Positions 36,373 through 48,600 of a stretch of 52,284 bases of DNA are shown in pieces (within the stretch, counting starts at the first letter, position 1; each line of letters begins with the position of its first letter). A program made the translations under genes and the position numbers. The DNA lies in assembly GCA_038087875.1 (NCBI GenBank), contig JAXLNO010000311.1, forward strand, positions 62,001 through 114,284, in the 5' to 3' direction. Source of the DNA: Malacoraja senta (lineage: Eukaryota). Under the pieces are notes generated by a model, which was not told the DNA's origin, did not search any database, and saw only the letters and a program-made list of their open reading frames with translations.

Positions 36373-37274
36373 AGAGAAACGTTTTGAATGATGTCTACCC
36401 ATAGCAGGGTAAATGGGACTAGCTTAAATGGGGTATCTTGATTAGCTTGGACAAGTTGGGCCAAAGGGCTTGTTTCCCTGCTGTGTGACTCTCTATGACT
36501 GCTTTATAGCAGAGCGCTGCTGCCTCACAGCTCCAGTGATCCGGGTTTAATCATCTCCAGTGCAGTCTGTGTGGAGTATAAGCATTCTTCCTGTGACAAT
36601 GTTTGTTCTCCAGTTTCCTCCCACATACCAAAATGTGCTGAATTAGTAGATTAAGCCACTGCTGCAAATAGGTGGATTTGTGGAATGAGAAAGAACCGTT
36701 TTGGGGCGAATTAGTGTTGGAATGGTTTTGTTCTCTGGGCTAGAGTGGGCTCAGGAGGCTGAAAGGCCTCTTTCTCTGTCACATGGAATTATGGGTAGTT
36801 ATTTATCCTTGAATTGCCTTCTTTCTCATTTTAGTCAACAGTGTAAAATTGAACTAATTGTCTGGATTGAACTATTTAACAATTGTAGATGAAAGGAAGA
36901 GCAGAGGCTGCTTTCCTCCACACACAAAGTGCTGAGGAACTCAACGGGTCAAGCGGCATCTTTGGAAAACATGGGAAGGCAGATATTTCAGGTGAGGATC
37001 CTACTTCAGACTGAAGTTGGGTCACATTAGAACATGCTTTGTACTCACACTCGCAGTCCAGTGTTAGTTTTCAAGGATTTTTTGTTATTCACAGCTTGCA
37101 GTTGTTACATATTCAGCAGAGAGAAGACGAGACAAACTAAAGCACCTGCAAAGCACAACTAAAAGACCGCAGAAAGAAGCTTGAAAAGAAGGCTCTTATC
37201 TAAACAACGTACTTTCAAGAGAGAGTTAGATTTAGCTCTTAAGGCTAAAGGAATCAAGGGATATGGGGGAAAAG

Positions 37275-39092
37275 ATTAGTTAAAACAAATGTAGGTCCCT
37301 TGCCGTCAGAAACAGGTGAATTGATCATGGGGAACAAGGACATGGCAGACCAATTGAATAACTACTTTGGTTCTGTCTTCACTAAGGAAGACTTAATTAA
37401 TCTGCCGGAAATAGCAGGGGACCGGGGGTCAAATGAGATGGAGGATCTGAGTGAAATCCAGGTAGCCGGGAAGTGGTGTTCGGTAAATTGAATGGATTAA
37501 AGGCCGATAAATCCCTAGGGCCAGATAGGCTGCATCCCAGAGTACTTAAGGAAGTAGCCCCAGAAATAGTGGATCCATTAGTGATAATTTTTCAAAACTC
37601 TTTAGATTCTGGAGTAATTCCTGAGGATTGGAGTGTAGATAATGTAACCCCACTTTTTAAAAAGGGAGGGAGAGAGAAAATGGGGAATTACAGACCAGTT
37701 AGTCTAACATTGGTAGTGGGGAAACTGCTAGAGTCAGTTATTAAAAACGGGATAGCAGCACATTTGGAAAATGGTGAAATCATTGGACAAAGTCAGCATG
37801 GATTTATGAAAGGTAAATCATGTCTGACGAATCTTATAGAATTTTTCGAGGATGTAACTAGTAGAGTGGACAAGGGAGAACCAGTGGATGTGTTATATCT
37901 GGACTTTCAGAAGGCTTTCGACAAGGTCCCACATAAGAGATTAATATATAAAATTAAAGCACACGGTATTGGGAGTTCTATATTGATGTGGATAGAGAAC
38001 TGGCTGGCAAACGGGAAGCAAAGAGTAGGAGTAAACGGGTCCTTTTCAGAATGGCAGGCAGTGACTAGTGGGTTACCGCAAGGCTCAGTGCTGGGACCCC
38101 AGCTATTTACAATAAATATTAATGATTTGGACGAGGGAATTGAATGCAACATCTCCAAGTTTGCGGATGACACGAAGCTGGGGGGCAGTGTTAGCTGTGA
38201 GAAGGGTGCTAGGAGGCTGCAAGATGACTTGGATAGGCTGGGTGAGTGGGTAAATGCATGGAAGATGCAGTATAATGTGGATAAATGTGAGGTTATCCAC
38301 TTTGGTGGCAAAAACAGGAAAGTAGACTGTTACCTGAATGGTGGCCGATTAGGAAAAGGGGAGATGCAACGAGACCTGGGTGTCATGGTACACCAGTCAT
38401 TGAAAGTAGGGATGCAGGTGCAGCAGGCAGCGATGAAAGCAAATGGTATGTTAGCATTCGTAGCAAAAGGATTTGAGTATAGGAGCAGGGAGGTTCTACT
38501 GCAGTTGTACAAGGTCTTGGTGAGACCACACCTGGGGTATTGCATACAGTTTTGGTTTCCTAATCTGAGGAAGGACATTCTTGCCATAGAGGGAGTACAG
38601 AGAAGGTTCACCAGACTGATTCCTGGGATGTCAGGACTTTCATATGAAGAAAGACTGGATAGACTCGGTTTGTACTCGCTCGAATTTAGAAGATTGAGGG
38701 GGGGGGGTATCTTATAGAAATTTACAAAATTCTTAAGGGGTTGGACAGGCTAGATGCTGGAAGATTGTTCCCGATGATGGGGAAGTCCAGAACAAGGGGT
38801 CACAGTTTAAGGATCAAGGGGAAATCTTTTAGGACTGAGATGAGAAAAACATTTCTTACACAGAGAGTGGTGAATCTCTGGAATTCTCTGCCACAGAAGG
38901 TAGTTGAGGCCAGTTCATTGGCTATATTTTAGAGGGAGTTAGATGTGGCCCTTGTGGCTAAAGGGATCAGGGGGTTTGGAGAGAAAGCAGGTACAAGATA
39001 CTGAGTTGGATGATCAGCCATGATCATATTGAATGGTGATGCAGGCTCGAAGGGCCGAATGGCCTACTCCTGCACCTATTTTCTATGTTTCT
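37275..39092 (+). mobile_element. Young 5'-truncated CR1 (RT region, frameshifted) inserted in an older CR1 tail
   Basis: ORF 37473-38717 encodes RT. Flanking aaaag at 37270-37274 and 39093-39097. The host CR1 tail spans ~37213-37274 and 39093-39200. Confidence 0.9.
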
Positions 39093-39564
39093 AAAAGCAG
39101 GAATGGGGTACCGATTGAGGTACTGATTCTAGATGCAGGCATGATCATATTGAATGGCGGTGCTGGCTTGAATGGCCGAACGGCCTACTCCTGTGCCTAT
39201 AATTAGTATACAAATTAGCTATTTGTGGTGTTTTTTGAAAACACGAAGACGAGAGAACGTACAGGATCTGCAGAACAACTAAAAGACTGCAGAAAGCAGC
39301 TTGAAAAGAAGGCTCTTCATCTATACAACATAATTATTTTTTATTCAGCTATCATTGTTTGTAGAGTTTCTTATTGTAATGAAAACATCATCCAAGTTTT
39401 GACCCTTCCTTATTACGCATGGTCTCAGGGGCATGGTTGGCATTAGCTCATTACCTTCATCCTAATAAAGGGTTGTTGTTCACAGTTGTGCCTAGATCTT
39501 TATCAATTATAACCTTGAGTTCACAAACTGTTCTTTGTCTCTGGGCTAAAGTTCAGGAGTGAGC

Positions 39565-40227
39565 AATTACGCGTTGAGCCGCGATGGTCCGGCGAAGGTC
39601 GGGCGCGATTACATGCGTACGCACAGCCGTCTGGAGCGTGTGACGTCATTTGAAGATGGACACGAAGCTGGAGTAACTCAGCAGGATCGGTAGCATCTCT
39701 GGAGAGAAGGAATGGATGATGTTTCATGTCGAGACTCTTCTTCAGTCTGAAAAGAAGGGTCTTGACCCAAAACATCACCCATTGCTTCTCTCCAGAGTTG
39801 CTGCCGGTCCCGCTGAGTTACTCCTGCATTTCGTGTCTATCTTCAATTTTCTTGGCCCCGCTCTGGGAGTAGAAGTGGGGGTGGATCTATACCACAACGG
39901 CCGTGAGCCCCAGGCCGAGTTCGGCGATCGTTTGCCTGCTTCTGCTCCTGTTGAAAGTGAGACTTTGCGTCGTGCCAGGGTCTTGGGCCTGTCCCACTTT
40001 GGCCGTCAGTTCGCGACAGGCCTTGGCGCGCGAAGATTTCGTTCACTACAAAATTATCGGAGCCCCGCGCAATGTCGCGCACAACTACATACCCCTCCGC
40101 GCTTCCAAGTGGGACCGGCCCCTCCAAGTGGGACCGGCCCCGCGCGGCCATATGATGCCTGTGCGCCTCAACGCGACCACGAGGTCACATAATTTGTGTG
40201 CCAAGGACACGTAAGTGGGACAGGCCC
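39565..40227. mobile_element. CpG-rich composite MITE-like element (GGGCCTGTCCCACTT termini) containing a PLE fold-back
   Basis: Perfect 15-bp inverted repeat at 39985-39999 and 40213-40227, followed by tta. CpG-rich sequence extends left around a palindrome at ~39651-39846; the left boundary is uncertain. Confidence 0.6.
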
Positions 40228-40261
40228 TTAAAAATACCAAGGAAAGGTAGCGCAGCTACAC

Positions 40262-40313
40262 ATCACTGGATATCTTTAACCTGTTCAATCACTGGATATC
40301 TTTAACCTGTTCA
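40262..40313. repeat. Perfect 26-bp tandem duplication
   Basis: atcactggatatctttaacctgttca x2. Confidence 0.95.
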
Positions 40314-40619
40314 ATGCCACCGCCGAGTACACTAGGGGTCATGGCCAATAGTGAAAAATAAACTTGGCAGTGAACAGCTTAATGGTCTCCATATTTTAGA
40401 GAAAGCCTTCAATGCCCATGAGGGGTGAGCCTTATTATATCTATGTTTCTCTAAATATAGGAAGCACTTTTGTGGTAAAAGATGGGACAGCTCGGGCCTC
40501 GAAAAGATCCAACCTTATGTGCAGCTTTACATTTGTTTATATGCAATAAGCAAAAAGAACACAATAGAAGATAAAACATGATAATAACTATAAGCAAAGC
40601 CAAGAGATCGTGGCCTTAC

Positions 40620-40810
40620 ACGAGTTGCTGCCTTGCAGCACCAGAGACCCTGGTTTGAACCTGACTATGAGTGGTGACTGTAGGGAGTTTGCATGTTCTC
40701 CCCGTAACCTGTGTGGCTTTTCTCTGAGATGTAGGTAAATTGGCTTGGTATAATTGTAAATTGTCCCTAGTGTGGGCTGAAGGGCCTGTTTCAGCACTGT
40801 ATCTCCAAAG
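40620..40810 (+). mobile_element. Internally deleted HE1/V-SINE-like element whose tail is the hAT target
   Basis: SINE head and ...gggcctgtttcagcactgtatctccaaag; the tail-like ctctaatacttaaaag resumes at 51480. Confidence 0.65.
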
Positions 40811-41111
40811 CAGTGGTTCTTAACCTGGGGGTCGTGACCCCCATGGGGGTCATTTGGGGGTTTTCCGGGGGTCATGAAGGGGTTGTAAAGAACATCAATT
40901 TGTTGAGCCTATTTTGAGGAATCTAACAAAGGTACATACCACACACAGTATTTTGTTCACGAATGCGCGTACGTATACACAGGGCCTATGAGAGGGGGTT
41001 GCAGGGGGTACATCGTACCCGGGCCCAGAGTCCAATAGGAGCCCGGGAGCTGAAGGAGGGGGGGCGGGAATTTCGTGAAATCTCAGAATTTTTTTGCATA
41101 TATATATATAT

Positions 41112-41775
41112 TTTTTATTTTTTTTTATTTTTATTTATTAGAAGTACATTACATTACAACCACATACATTAATACTCGTCATTTGTATCTTCTTACAATT
41201 AATGTACTCCCTTTATTTTTTTTTTTTTACACTAGAAAAGGAAAAGATTGAAAGAAAGAAGAAAGTGAAGGAAAAAGTGAAAGTGTAGAAAAGTGTAGAA
41301 AATGTAACAACAAAAAAGGACGAAGACCCTATAAGAGCGAAATTAAAAAAAAAAAAAAAAAGAGTTAAGAGATAGGCCCTAGGAAAAAAAAGAGAAAGAG
41401 AGGAAAAAAAATATATATATATATATATATATTTTTGAGTATTACGTAAATAGGACATACCAACTCTTCAACTATCATCCCCCCTTACCTGACCTCAATT
41501 TTTTATTTTTTTTAAAGTACTTTTGCACCCTATGTTTGTAATAATTCTATAAATGCAGACCACGTCAGGTGGAAGTGATCTGGTTTACCTGCTAGGAGGA
41601 GTCTTATCTCTTCTAGGTGTAATGTTTCAAACATATTTGAAATCCACATATTTATAGTTGGTATTGGAGCCTTCTTCCAAAATTTTAGAATTAGCTTTTT
41701 CCAGTTATTAACCCATAGTCCATTAATTTCTTTTGAAACACATTTAGTTCTGGATCATCTTCCGTTATTCCGAAG
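41112..41775 (-). mobile_element. 5'-truncated L1 3' end, same family as 44116-49848
   Basis: Reverse complement of ~49172-49813. Probable TSD tgcatata(ta)ntttt on both sides. Confidence 0.9.
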
Positions 41776-41932
41776 TGCATATATTTTGTGAAGACTAGCA
41801 TTCACATTTTGTGCCTTCAGAGTTTTATATATCGTAATTCGTAGAAATTGTGATCCATAATATAGCAGGGAATTTTAACTGGCGGGTGTGTGGTCGGGGT
41901 AACATGATTAAAAGAGGGGGAAGGGGAAGAAC

Positions 41933-42110
41933 CATGACTACTCATGGGTCTTCCCTGTAGGAGGAGGGAGAGCACTAGGACCCAACAGAGTCATCACTAC
42001 TGATGGATCTTCCCTGTAGGAGAAGGAGGGGGGAGAGCACTAGAACCCAGCAGAGTCATCACTATTGATGGGTCTTCCCTGCAGGAGGGGGGGAGCACTA
42101 GGAGCCAGCA
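41933..42110. repeat. Three ~60-bp tandem repeats
   Basis: catcactactgatgggtcttccctgtaggagg..gagcactaggacccagcagagt units start at 41933, 41992 and 42057. Confidence 0.9.
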
Positions 42111-42744
42111 ATCAGACCATGTGCTGTCTGCATGGTTTAGGTTGTGGGCCTGGTGCTATGCTGGGAACTCTGGTGAGGTGACGGGTCTGGCCCGCTGGTG
42201 GCAGGTGGAGAGGCGAGGGTCGGCAGAGTCGCTGGTGGAGGCCCGTGGGGAGCTGGAGTAGAGATATGGGCAGCAGCATCATTGGCTTTCTGAAGACAGT
42301 GAAGGTCGGCGACAGTGGCTGCGGTGGCCCTGCCCGGGGAGGTGGTGAGAGTCAGGAGCCGCGGCTGTTTCAGTGGTCCGGGCCTGGGTTTGGGTCAGTG
42401 TGTGGATGGGTGGGTGTGAGTGAGTGGGTGAGTGTGTGTGTGTGTGTGTGGATGTGTGTGGGTGTATGTGAGTAGGTGAGTGAGTGTGTGTCTGAGTGTA
42501 TGTGTGTGTTAGTGGGAGGGTGAATTTTATAAATGAAGTTAAAACCATTAGATTTGTTGAACTTGTTAACAGACTATTGACTTGGTAACCTGTTTCCAAA
42601 TGTTTGTGTTAGCTTCAGAATACTATCAACAATTCCAGCAACAGTAGCTTCTGCAGAGGTCATTTAGCAAACTCAAGCTGATTAAGAATTATTTAAGGTC
42701 GACAATGTCTCATCAAAGTCTTGTGGATTTGGCCAGGCTAAGTA

Positions 42745-43222
42745 TTCAAAGTCAAAGTCAGATTTATTCATCACAAACACCCGAAGGTGCAGTGAAGTGA
42801 ATTTACCAGCAGTGATACACGGAAAAAGAACACACAATACACAATAAAATTGAACACAAACATCCACTACAGCATTCTTCACTGTGGTGGAAGGCAACAC
42901 ATTTCAGCAAGTCCTCCTCCTTTGTTCACCCGTGTTCGGGGCCATAACCCCTCCGTAGTCACCGCTGGGGATGGCCCGATGTACAAGGCCCTCTCGTCGG
43001 GATGATCCAAACTCCGACGTTGGGACGGACAAACACACTCTGCGGCTTGGAGGTCCCGACTCGGCACTTTCCTACTGGAGACCGCAGCTTCAGGATGTTA
43101 TAGGCCGCAGGCCAGCGGTTCGAACTCGTCTCTGGTGATCCCCGGCGAGGGATCCCAGGATCCAGATGGTAAGTCCACGCCACGCCCGCGGTTAGAAGCT
43201 CCGCAGACCACAGCTCCACGGT
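42745..43222 (-). mobile_element. Non-coding GC-rich retroposon with LINE-like 3' tail (related to 51526-52202)
   Basis: The minus strand ends aataaa..(tgactt)n. Shares aacatccac..ttc.tcactgtg..gaaggcaa, gcggcttggaggtccc and gatggtaagtccac blocks with the 51.5-52.2 kb copy. Confidence 0.6.
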
Positions 43223-43842
43223 GTCAACGTATTGAATCAATAGTATTGAATCATACATTGCCAGAACAATACATTTTTATGCTGTGATTTGACATTTTTC
43301 ACAAAAAAAGGCCAGGAAAGCTCTTTATATAAAGTAAATTTATATAATAAATCTTTTACTTTTTACTAATAATTATGTCTTTTGATGATATGAACTGCAT
43401 TGAAACATAAAAGGATGTTTCAATGTGAATTCTTTCTCCTTATCTGTATTGTAGCATAAACAAAGATGTTCAAAACAAAGCTAGATAAAATGCTGGAGAA
43501 ACTCAACGGGGGAGGCAGCATCTATAGAGTGAAGGAAAACAAATGTGCTTTCTGATCCTTTTATTTTATTTATACTTATTTATATTTATCATGGAGGGTG
43601 TATAGGGGCATAAGGCCTCAAATGCAGAAAATCAACAGAGTGCCCCATTCTACCCCTCTCTCATCTTCCATACCCCTTTTTGCCGTGCAGGCTACAGCTC
43701 ATGGCATAAAACTGTAGCATAGTGGATAAAAACAGGATGACTAATGGAGAAGGGAAGGGGACCCAAAAGATACTTTGTACCCACTGATAAAATTCCTCTC
43801 AGGCCCTGCGTATACACGCACAAACAGTGTGTGTTGTGAACC

Positions 43843-44115
43843 ATGTCTTCCAAGACGCGCACGTATAGTGAAACATTTCTCAAGTTCGGCTTCACAAGCA
43901 TTGTTCAAAATCCGTGGTCAAGCCGCAATGTGTTCTCTGTGCCAAGGTTTAGAGTCACGAGAGCATGAAGCCCAGCAAACTGAAGATCCATTTGGTGTCT
44001 TGTCACAGCAACCTGGCGGGGAAGAGCGTGGACTATTTCAAACGAAAAGAAGCCGTACTCAAGGGTTCCCGCATCTATTCAACGGGTCACTGCGCTCATC
44101 AAAATGAAGCAGCGT
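43843..44115 (+). pseudogene. hAT transposase N-terminus (BED-type zinc finger), disrupted
   Basis: MSSKTRTYSETFLKFGFT, then a frameshift, then KPQCVLCAKV*SHESMKPSKLKIHLVSCH..DYFKRK..NEAA. It continues in frame after the L1. Confidence 0.85.
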
Positions 44116-44116
44116 A

Positions 44117-44821
44117 ATTACTACGGATAAGTTCACGGCTGTACTTGAAACAGTAGCTGCAAGTATGCAGACAATTACGGAATTGGAGAAAAATACGGCA
44201 CGACTGGTTGAAGACATGGCGAAATTGAGGCAAGAACATGAGCAAATGAGGCGAGAAAACGAACAAGCATCACTACAAATGGGGACTCAATTAGAGAAAG
44301 TCTCATTCAAATGCCTGGACCTGGAAGCTCGTTCTAGACGCCAGAATCTGAGGATTCTTGGTGTTTCAGAGGGGGCAGAAGGGGAACAGGTACGTGAATT
44401 TGCCATGGGCTTGTTGAAACAACTGTTGAATCTTCCCAAGGAACCGAAAATCGAAGTGGCTCATCGTGTCCCAAGATTTGGAAAAAGATTTGATGCGGGA
44501 AAAGCTTATCCACGACATATTATAGTGAAATTTCGAGACACTGCAGAACTGGAATATGTTATGACAAAAATCAAATATGGTGTACAATTACGGCTGGACA
44601 AAGACACTATTAAGATATTCAGGGACTACCCACATGAAATTGTGCAAAAAAGAAACAAATTTGATAAGGTTAAAGATCTTTTAAGAGGGAGAGAAGGGGT
44701 CAGATTCGGGGTTTTTTATCCCGCTAAAATGCGTATTTCTTTTAATGGTCTTGAAAAGTCATTTGTTAAGCCTGAAGACGCTTTCAAATATGCCCAAACG
44801 ATTGTTGAAAGACAGAAATAA
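44117..44821 (+). CDS. L1 ORF1 (5'-truncated; first ATG at 44165)
   Basis: Coiled coil, DLEARSRRQNLRILGVSE, IEVAHR, PRHIIVKF and YPAKMRI. The frame is open back to the insertion junction. Confidence 0.88.
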   Translation: MTTDKFTAVLETVAASMQTITELEKNTARLVEDMAKLRQEHEQMRRENEQASLQMGTQLEKVSFKCLDLEARSRRQNLRILGVSEGAEGEQVREFAMGLLKQLLNLPKEPKIEVAHRVPRFGKRFDAGKAYPRHIIVKFRDTAELEYVMTKIKYGVQLRLDKDTIKIFRDYPHEIVQKRNKFDKVKDLLRGREGVRFGVFYPAKMRISFNGLEKSFVKPEDAFKYAQTIVERQK

Positions 44822-45626
44822 AAGGGAGCTTTGGCAGATCCGAATAATTCTCAGCTATGTTTTGTCTGGGGATAGTTACATTGTTATCTCCGGAATGTTG
44901 AAGCAAGGACATTTTCTGTTCAAAATGTGTAAACAACTTTATAACGGGATATGAATTAGAAAATAATTGCTTATTGATTAAAATGTTATAACCAATTGTA
45001 AGAACTTATCCTATTAACAACTTTAAAAGTTATGCAGGTTAGATTAGAATACTAACAAAAAAAACAAAAAAATAATGAACTAACATACTAATATGAATTT
45101 TTAATAAATTGTAACCTTGTCTATAAGCGGGAGGAGGGGATGAGAAACGAGCTCCTGGCTTATGTCCAGGAGCACGTCTCGTTAACCTCTTCAACCAACA
45201 GCTGATTCTTATTGAAATCAAAAATATTGGTTTAATAATTAAACTCTGATATATATATATGTTATAAGGAAATATCAGGGTAAAATTGTATTATATATAT
45301 GAATGTGAGGCCTCGTTTTAATATTTTAATATGTTATGATTAACTAAGAGAGCGGAGCGAGTTGAGCAACAACGCAATGGAAGTCAAAATAAGGTTTTTT
45401 CCCACCTACAGGTGGGTCACTTGCTACAGTGCCGACTATAGACACTGTAGCCTCACTTTTTTAGTTTTTTTTTTATTACATAAAATCACTTGTTTGTGTT
45501 TTGTGTTTAGTGATAAGAATAATATGGACATACCAACAAAAGTTAATAATTCAAAAACTCCCCCAATACCTAAAGACCTGGGATATGGACGCACCACAAG
45601 ATTCAAAGGTACTATAATTATTCAAA

Positions 45627-48600
45627 ATGCATGACACCACACAAAAGAACCTAGGAGGAGTCTCATTTTGTAGTTGGAATATAAGAGGTATTAATGAACC
45701 TATCAAAAGGGGTAAGATATTAGCTCAGCTAAAAATGTATAATTCTGACATTACCTTCCTACAAGAAACACACCTAAAACCTCAGGACCAAGTTAGGCTG
45801 AGGGCGAAATGGATAGGTCAAACATACCACTCTTCATTCACTTCAAAATCTAGAGGCACGTCAATTATCATAAGAAAAGGTATACCATTTAAAGCAAAGA
45901 ATATTATAACAGATATAGAAGGGAGATACCTAATAGTTAATGGAGAAATCCATGACACTCCACTTACTTTGGTAAATATATATGCCCCTAACTTTGATAA
46001 CCCCCACTTTTTCAATAAAATCTTCAATATAATTGCAGAGTCAAACTATCAAAATGTTATAATAGGCGGAGACTTTAACTGTGTTTTAGACCCGTACTTA
46101 GATAAATCAAGTCAAAAACAGAGAGGGAATATGAAATCGAAAACTGGGGAACTCCTCAATACCTACATAAACAACACTAATATAGCAGATGTTTGGAGAA
46201 TTGTGAATCCAACTGGCAGGGAATATTCATTTTACTCAATGGTACATAAGACATACTCACGTATAGACTACTTTCTGCTGGATACAAAATTAATCCCCCA
46301 AACATCTAATGCAATATATCATACAAATTCAATTTCAGACCATTCTCCACTAACTTTCTTTTTAAAACTGGAAGGATTGTCTAAGAATAATTCATTCTGG
46401 AGATTTAACTCTCAAATTTTAAAAGATCCACAAGCGAGTATATATTTAAAAGAACAAATGGAGGTCTTTTTTCAAACAAATGATACTTCAGATATATCGC
46501 CTACTTTACTTTGGGAATCTTTTAAAGCATACATTAGGGGTATTATAATTTCATATCAAGCTTTTCAAAATAAAAAGAATAAGAATGAACAAAGACAGTT
46601 AGAAGAACTTATTAGACAAATGGATATAGATAATGCTAAAGATCCATCAATAGATAAACATAATAAAATAATAATTTTAAAATTTAAATTAAATAAATTA
46701 TTATCTGCCAAACTTATAAGACTTTTTCAAATTACAAAACAAGAGCACTTTGAATTTGGGGATAAACCGCATAAACTTTTGGCTCGCCAGCTAAAAAAAC
46801 GAGAAAAGGAACATACTATACCAAAGATCAAATCAGATAAAGGGGAATTATTAACAACACCGAAGGATATTAATAAAAGATTTGCGCAATTTTACGAGAA
46901 TTTGTATACATCTAAAACGATAATTGATTCCAATAATATCACAAAGTTCTTGGATACCTGTAATCTTCCAAAGTTAGAGCTGAAGGAACAAGAGGAACTG
47001 GGTGCACAAATCTCAATTAAGGAATTAGAAGATACAATAAACTCACTAAAAAATGGAAAAACACCAGGCCCTGATGGATTTACTAATGAATTTTATAAAA
47101 ACTTTTATGATAAAATAATACCAAGATTACAAAAAATGTACCAATACGCTTTTAAAAAACGAATACTACCTGATACATTAGCGGAATCAACGATTACATT
47201 AATACCTAAGAAAAATAAGGATTTAGAAGAACCTGGCTCATATAGAGCTATAGCATTGTTAAACACAGATCAAAAAATATTAGCGAAAACATTAGCCAGA
47301 AGATTAAGTAAATACATTAGTAAATTAATAAACCCAGATCAGACAGGGTTTATCCCTAAGAGATACTCTTCTAATAATATGAGACGTCTACTCAACATAA
47401 TGCACTCACACAAATCTGAAGATCAAGAATTATCAATTATTTCGCTGGATGCTGAAAAAGCATTTGATCAAGTAGAATGGAATTATATGGATAAAGTATT
47501 ACAAAAATTTCAACTGGGAGAGAATTTTATTTTATGGATTAAGTTACTATATAACAAACCTACAGCTAGAATACTTACTAATAACATATTATCCTCGAAA
47601 TTTCAACTATCAAGGGGAAATAGACAAGGATGCTCATTATCACCACAGCTGTTTGCTCTCATTATTGAACCGCTAGCAGAAAAAATTAGAATACACCCTG
47701 ATATTCATGGATATAATACTAAAGACTCATATAATAAAATATCTTTATACGCGGATGATATATTATTGTATATTACAAAACCTCAAATCACTATACCAAA
47801 TATATTAAATTTAATTGAAGACTTCGGATCTTTTTCTGGATATAGAATAAATTGGAATAAAAGTGAAATTATGTCAATAAAACCGAAAGATTCAACACAT
47901 CTTTTAAAATTCCCTTTTAAAATAGCTACAGAAAAATTTAAATATTTGGGAATCGAAATTACCAGAGCATATCAAGGTATGCTCAGGGCAAATTTTGACC
48001 CCCTACTTAATAAACTGAATACATTAATTAAATTCTGGAAAACGCTTCCGATGTCTTTAATAGGCCGAATAAACGCAATAAAAATGATCTTTTTACCACA
48101 AATTTTATACCTATTTCAATCAATTCCTATATACTTACCTAAGAAGTTTTTTAAAAAACTCGACTCAGATATCACTAATTTTATATGGGACTATAAATCA
48201 CATAGAATACAAAAAACCCATCTGAATAAATCTAAAGTATTGGGGGGTCTAGCACTACCCAATTTTATGTATTATTATTGGTCAGTAAATATTAAAAACA
48301 TGATTCAACTGATGGATAACTCCGCCCAGCAAGTAGACTGGATTGTAATGGAGAAAGAGGATTGCTCCTCTAGAAACATTGGAGCGATCCTCCTCTCTCC
48401 AATGAAATTGAATAACATAAACTATAATAAGAACCCAATTATTCATAGTACAATCCGTATTTGGAAACAAATAAAACAAAATTTAAAATTAAGAAACTTA
48501 TCACTTTTATTACCTATAGTCAATAACCCTTCGTTTAGTCCTTCTATTATAGATAAAGCTTATACACAATGGGATAGACTAGGAATTAAAACGCTTGGTG

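Larger units (their letters stand above)
40980..43808. mobile_element. Second, non-autonomous hAT-like element nested in the first
   Basis: Termini cagggcctatgagagg / cctctcaggccctg. Perfect 8-bp TSD cgtataca at 40972-40979 and 43809-43816. Confidence 0.82.

Noticed and set aside
36820..37120. Possible splice acceptors for an MHC alpha-2 exon (also near 30417 and 39349)
   Set aside because: The downstream frames close quickly and lack the alpha-2 H..Q...GC and W/C motifs.
39716..40214. Overlapping 100-158 aa ORFs in GC-rich DNA
   Set aside because: They lie within a MITE/PLE composite, have no domain motifs, and open frames are expected at this GC content.
41933..42110. Regularly spaced repeats as a possible CRISPR-like array
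   Set aside because: The whole units repeat with no unique spacers, the context is eukaryotic, and no cas genes are present.
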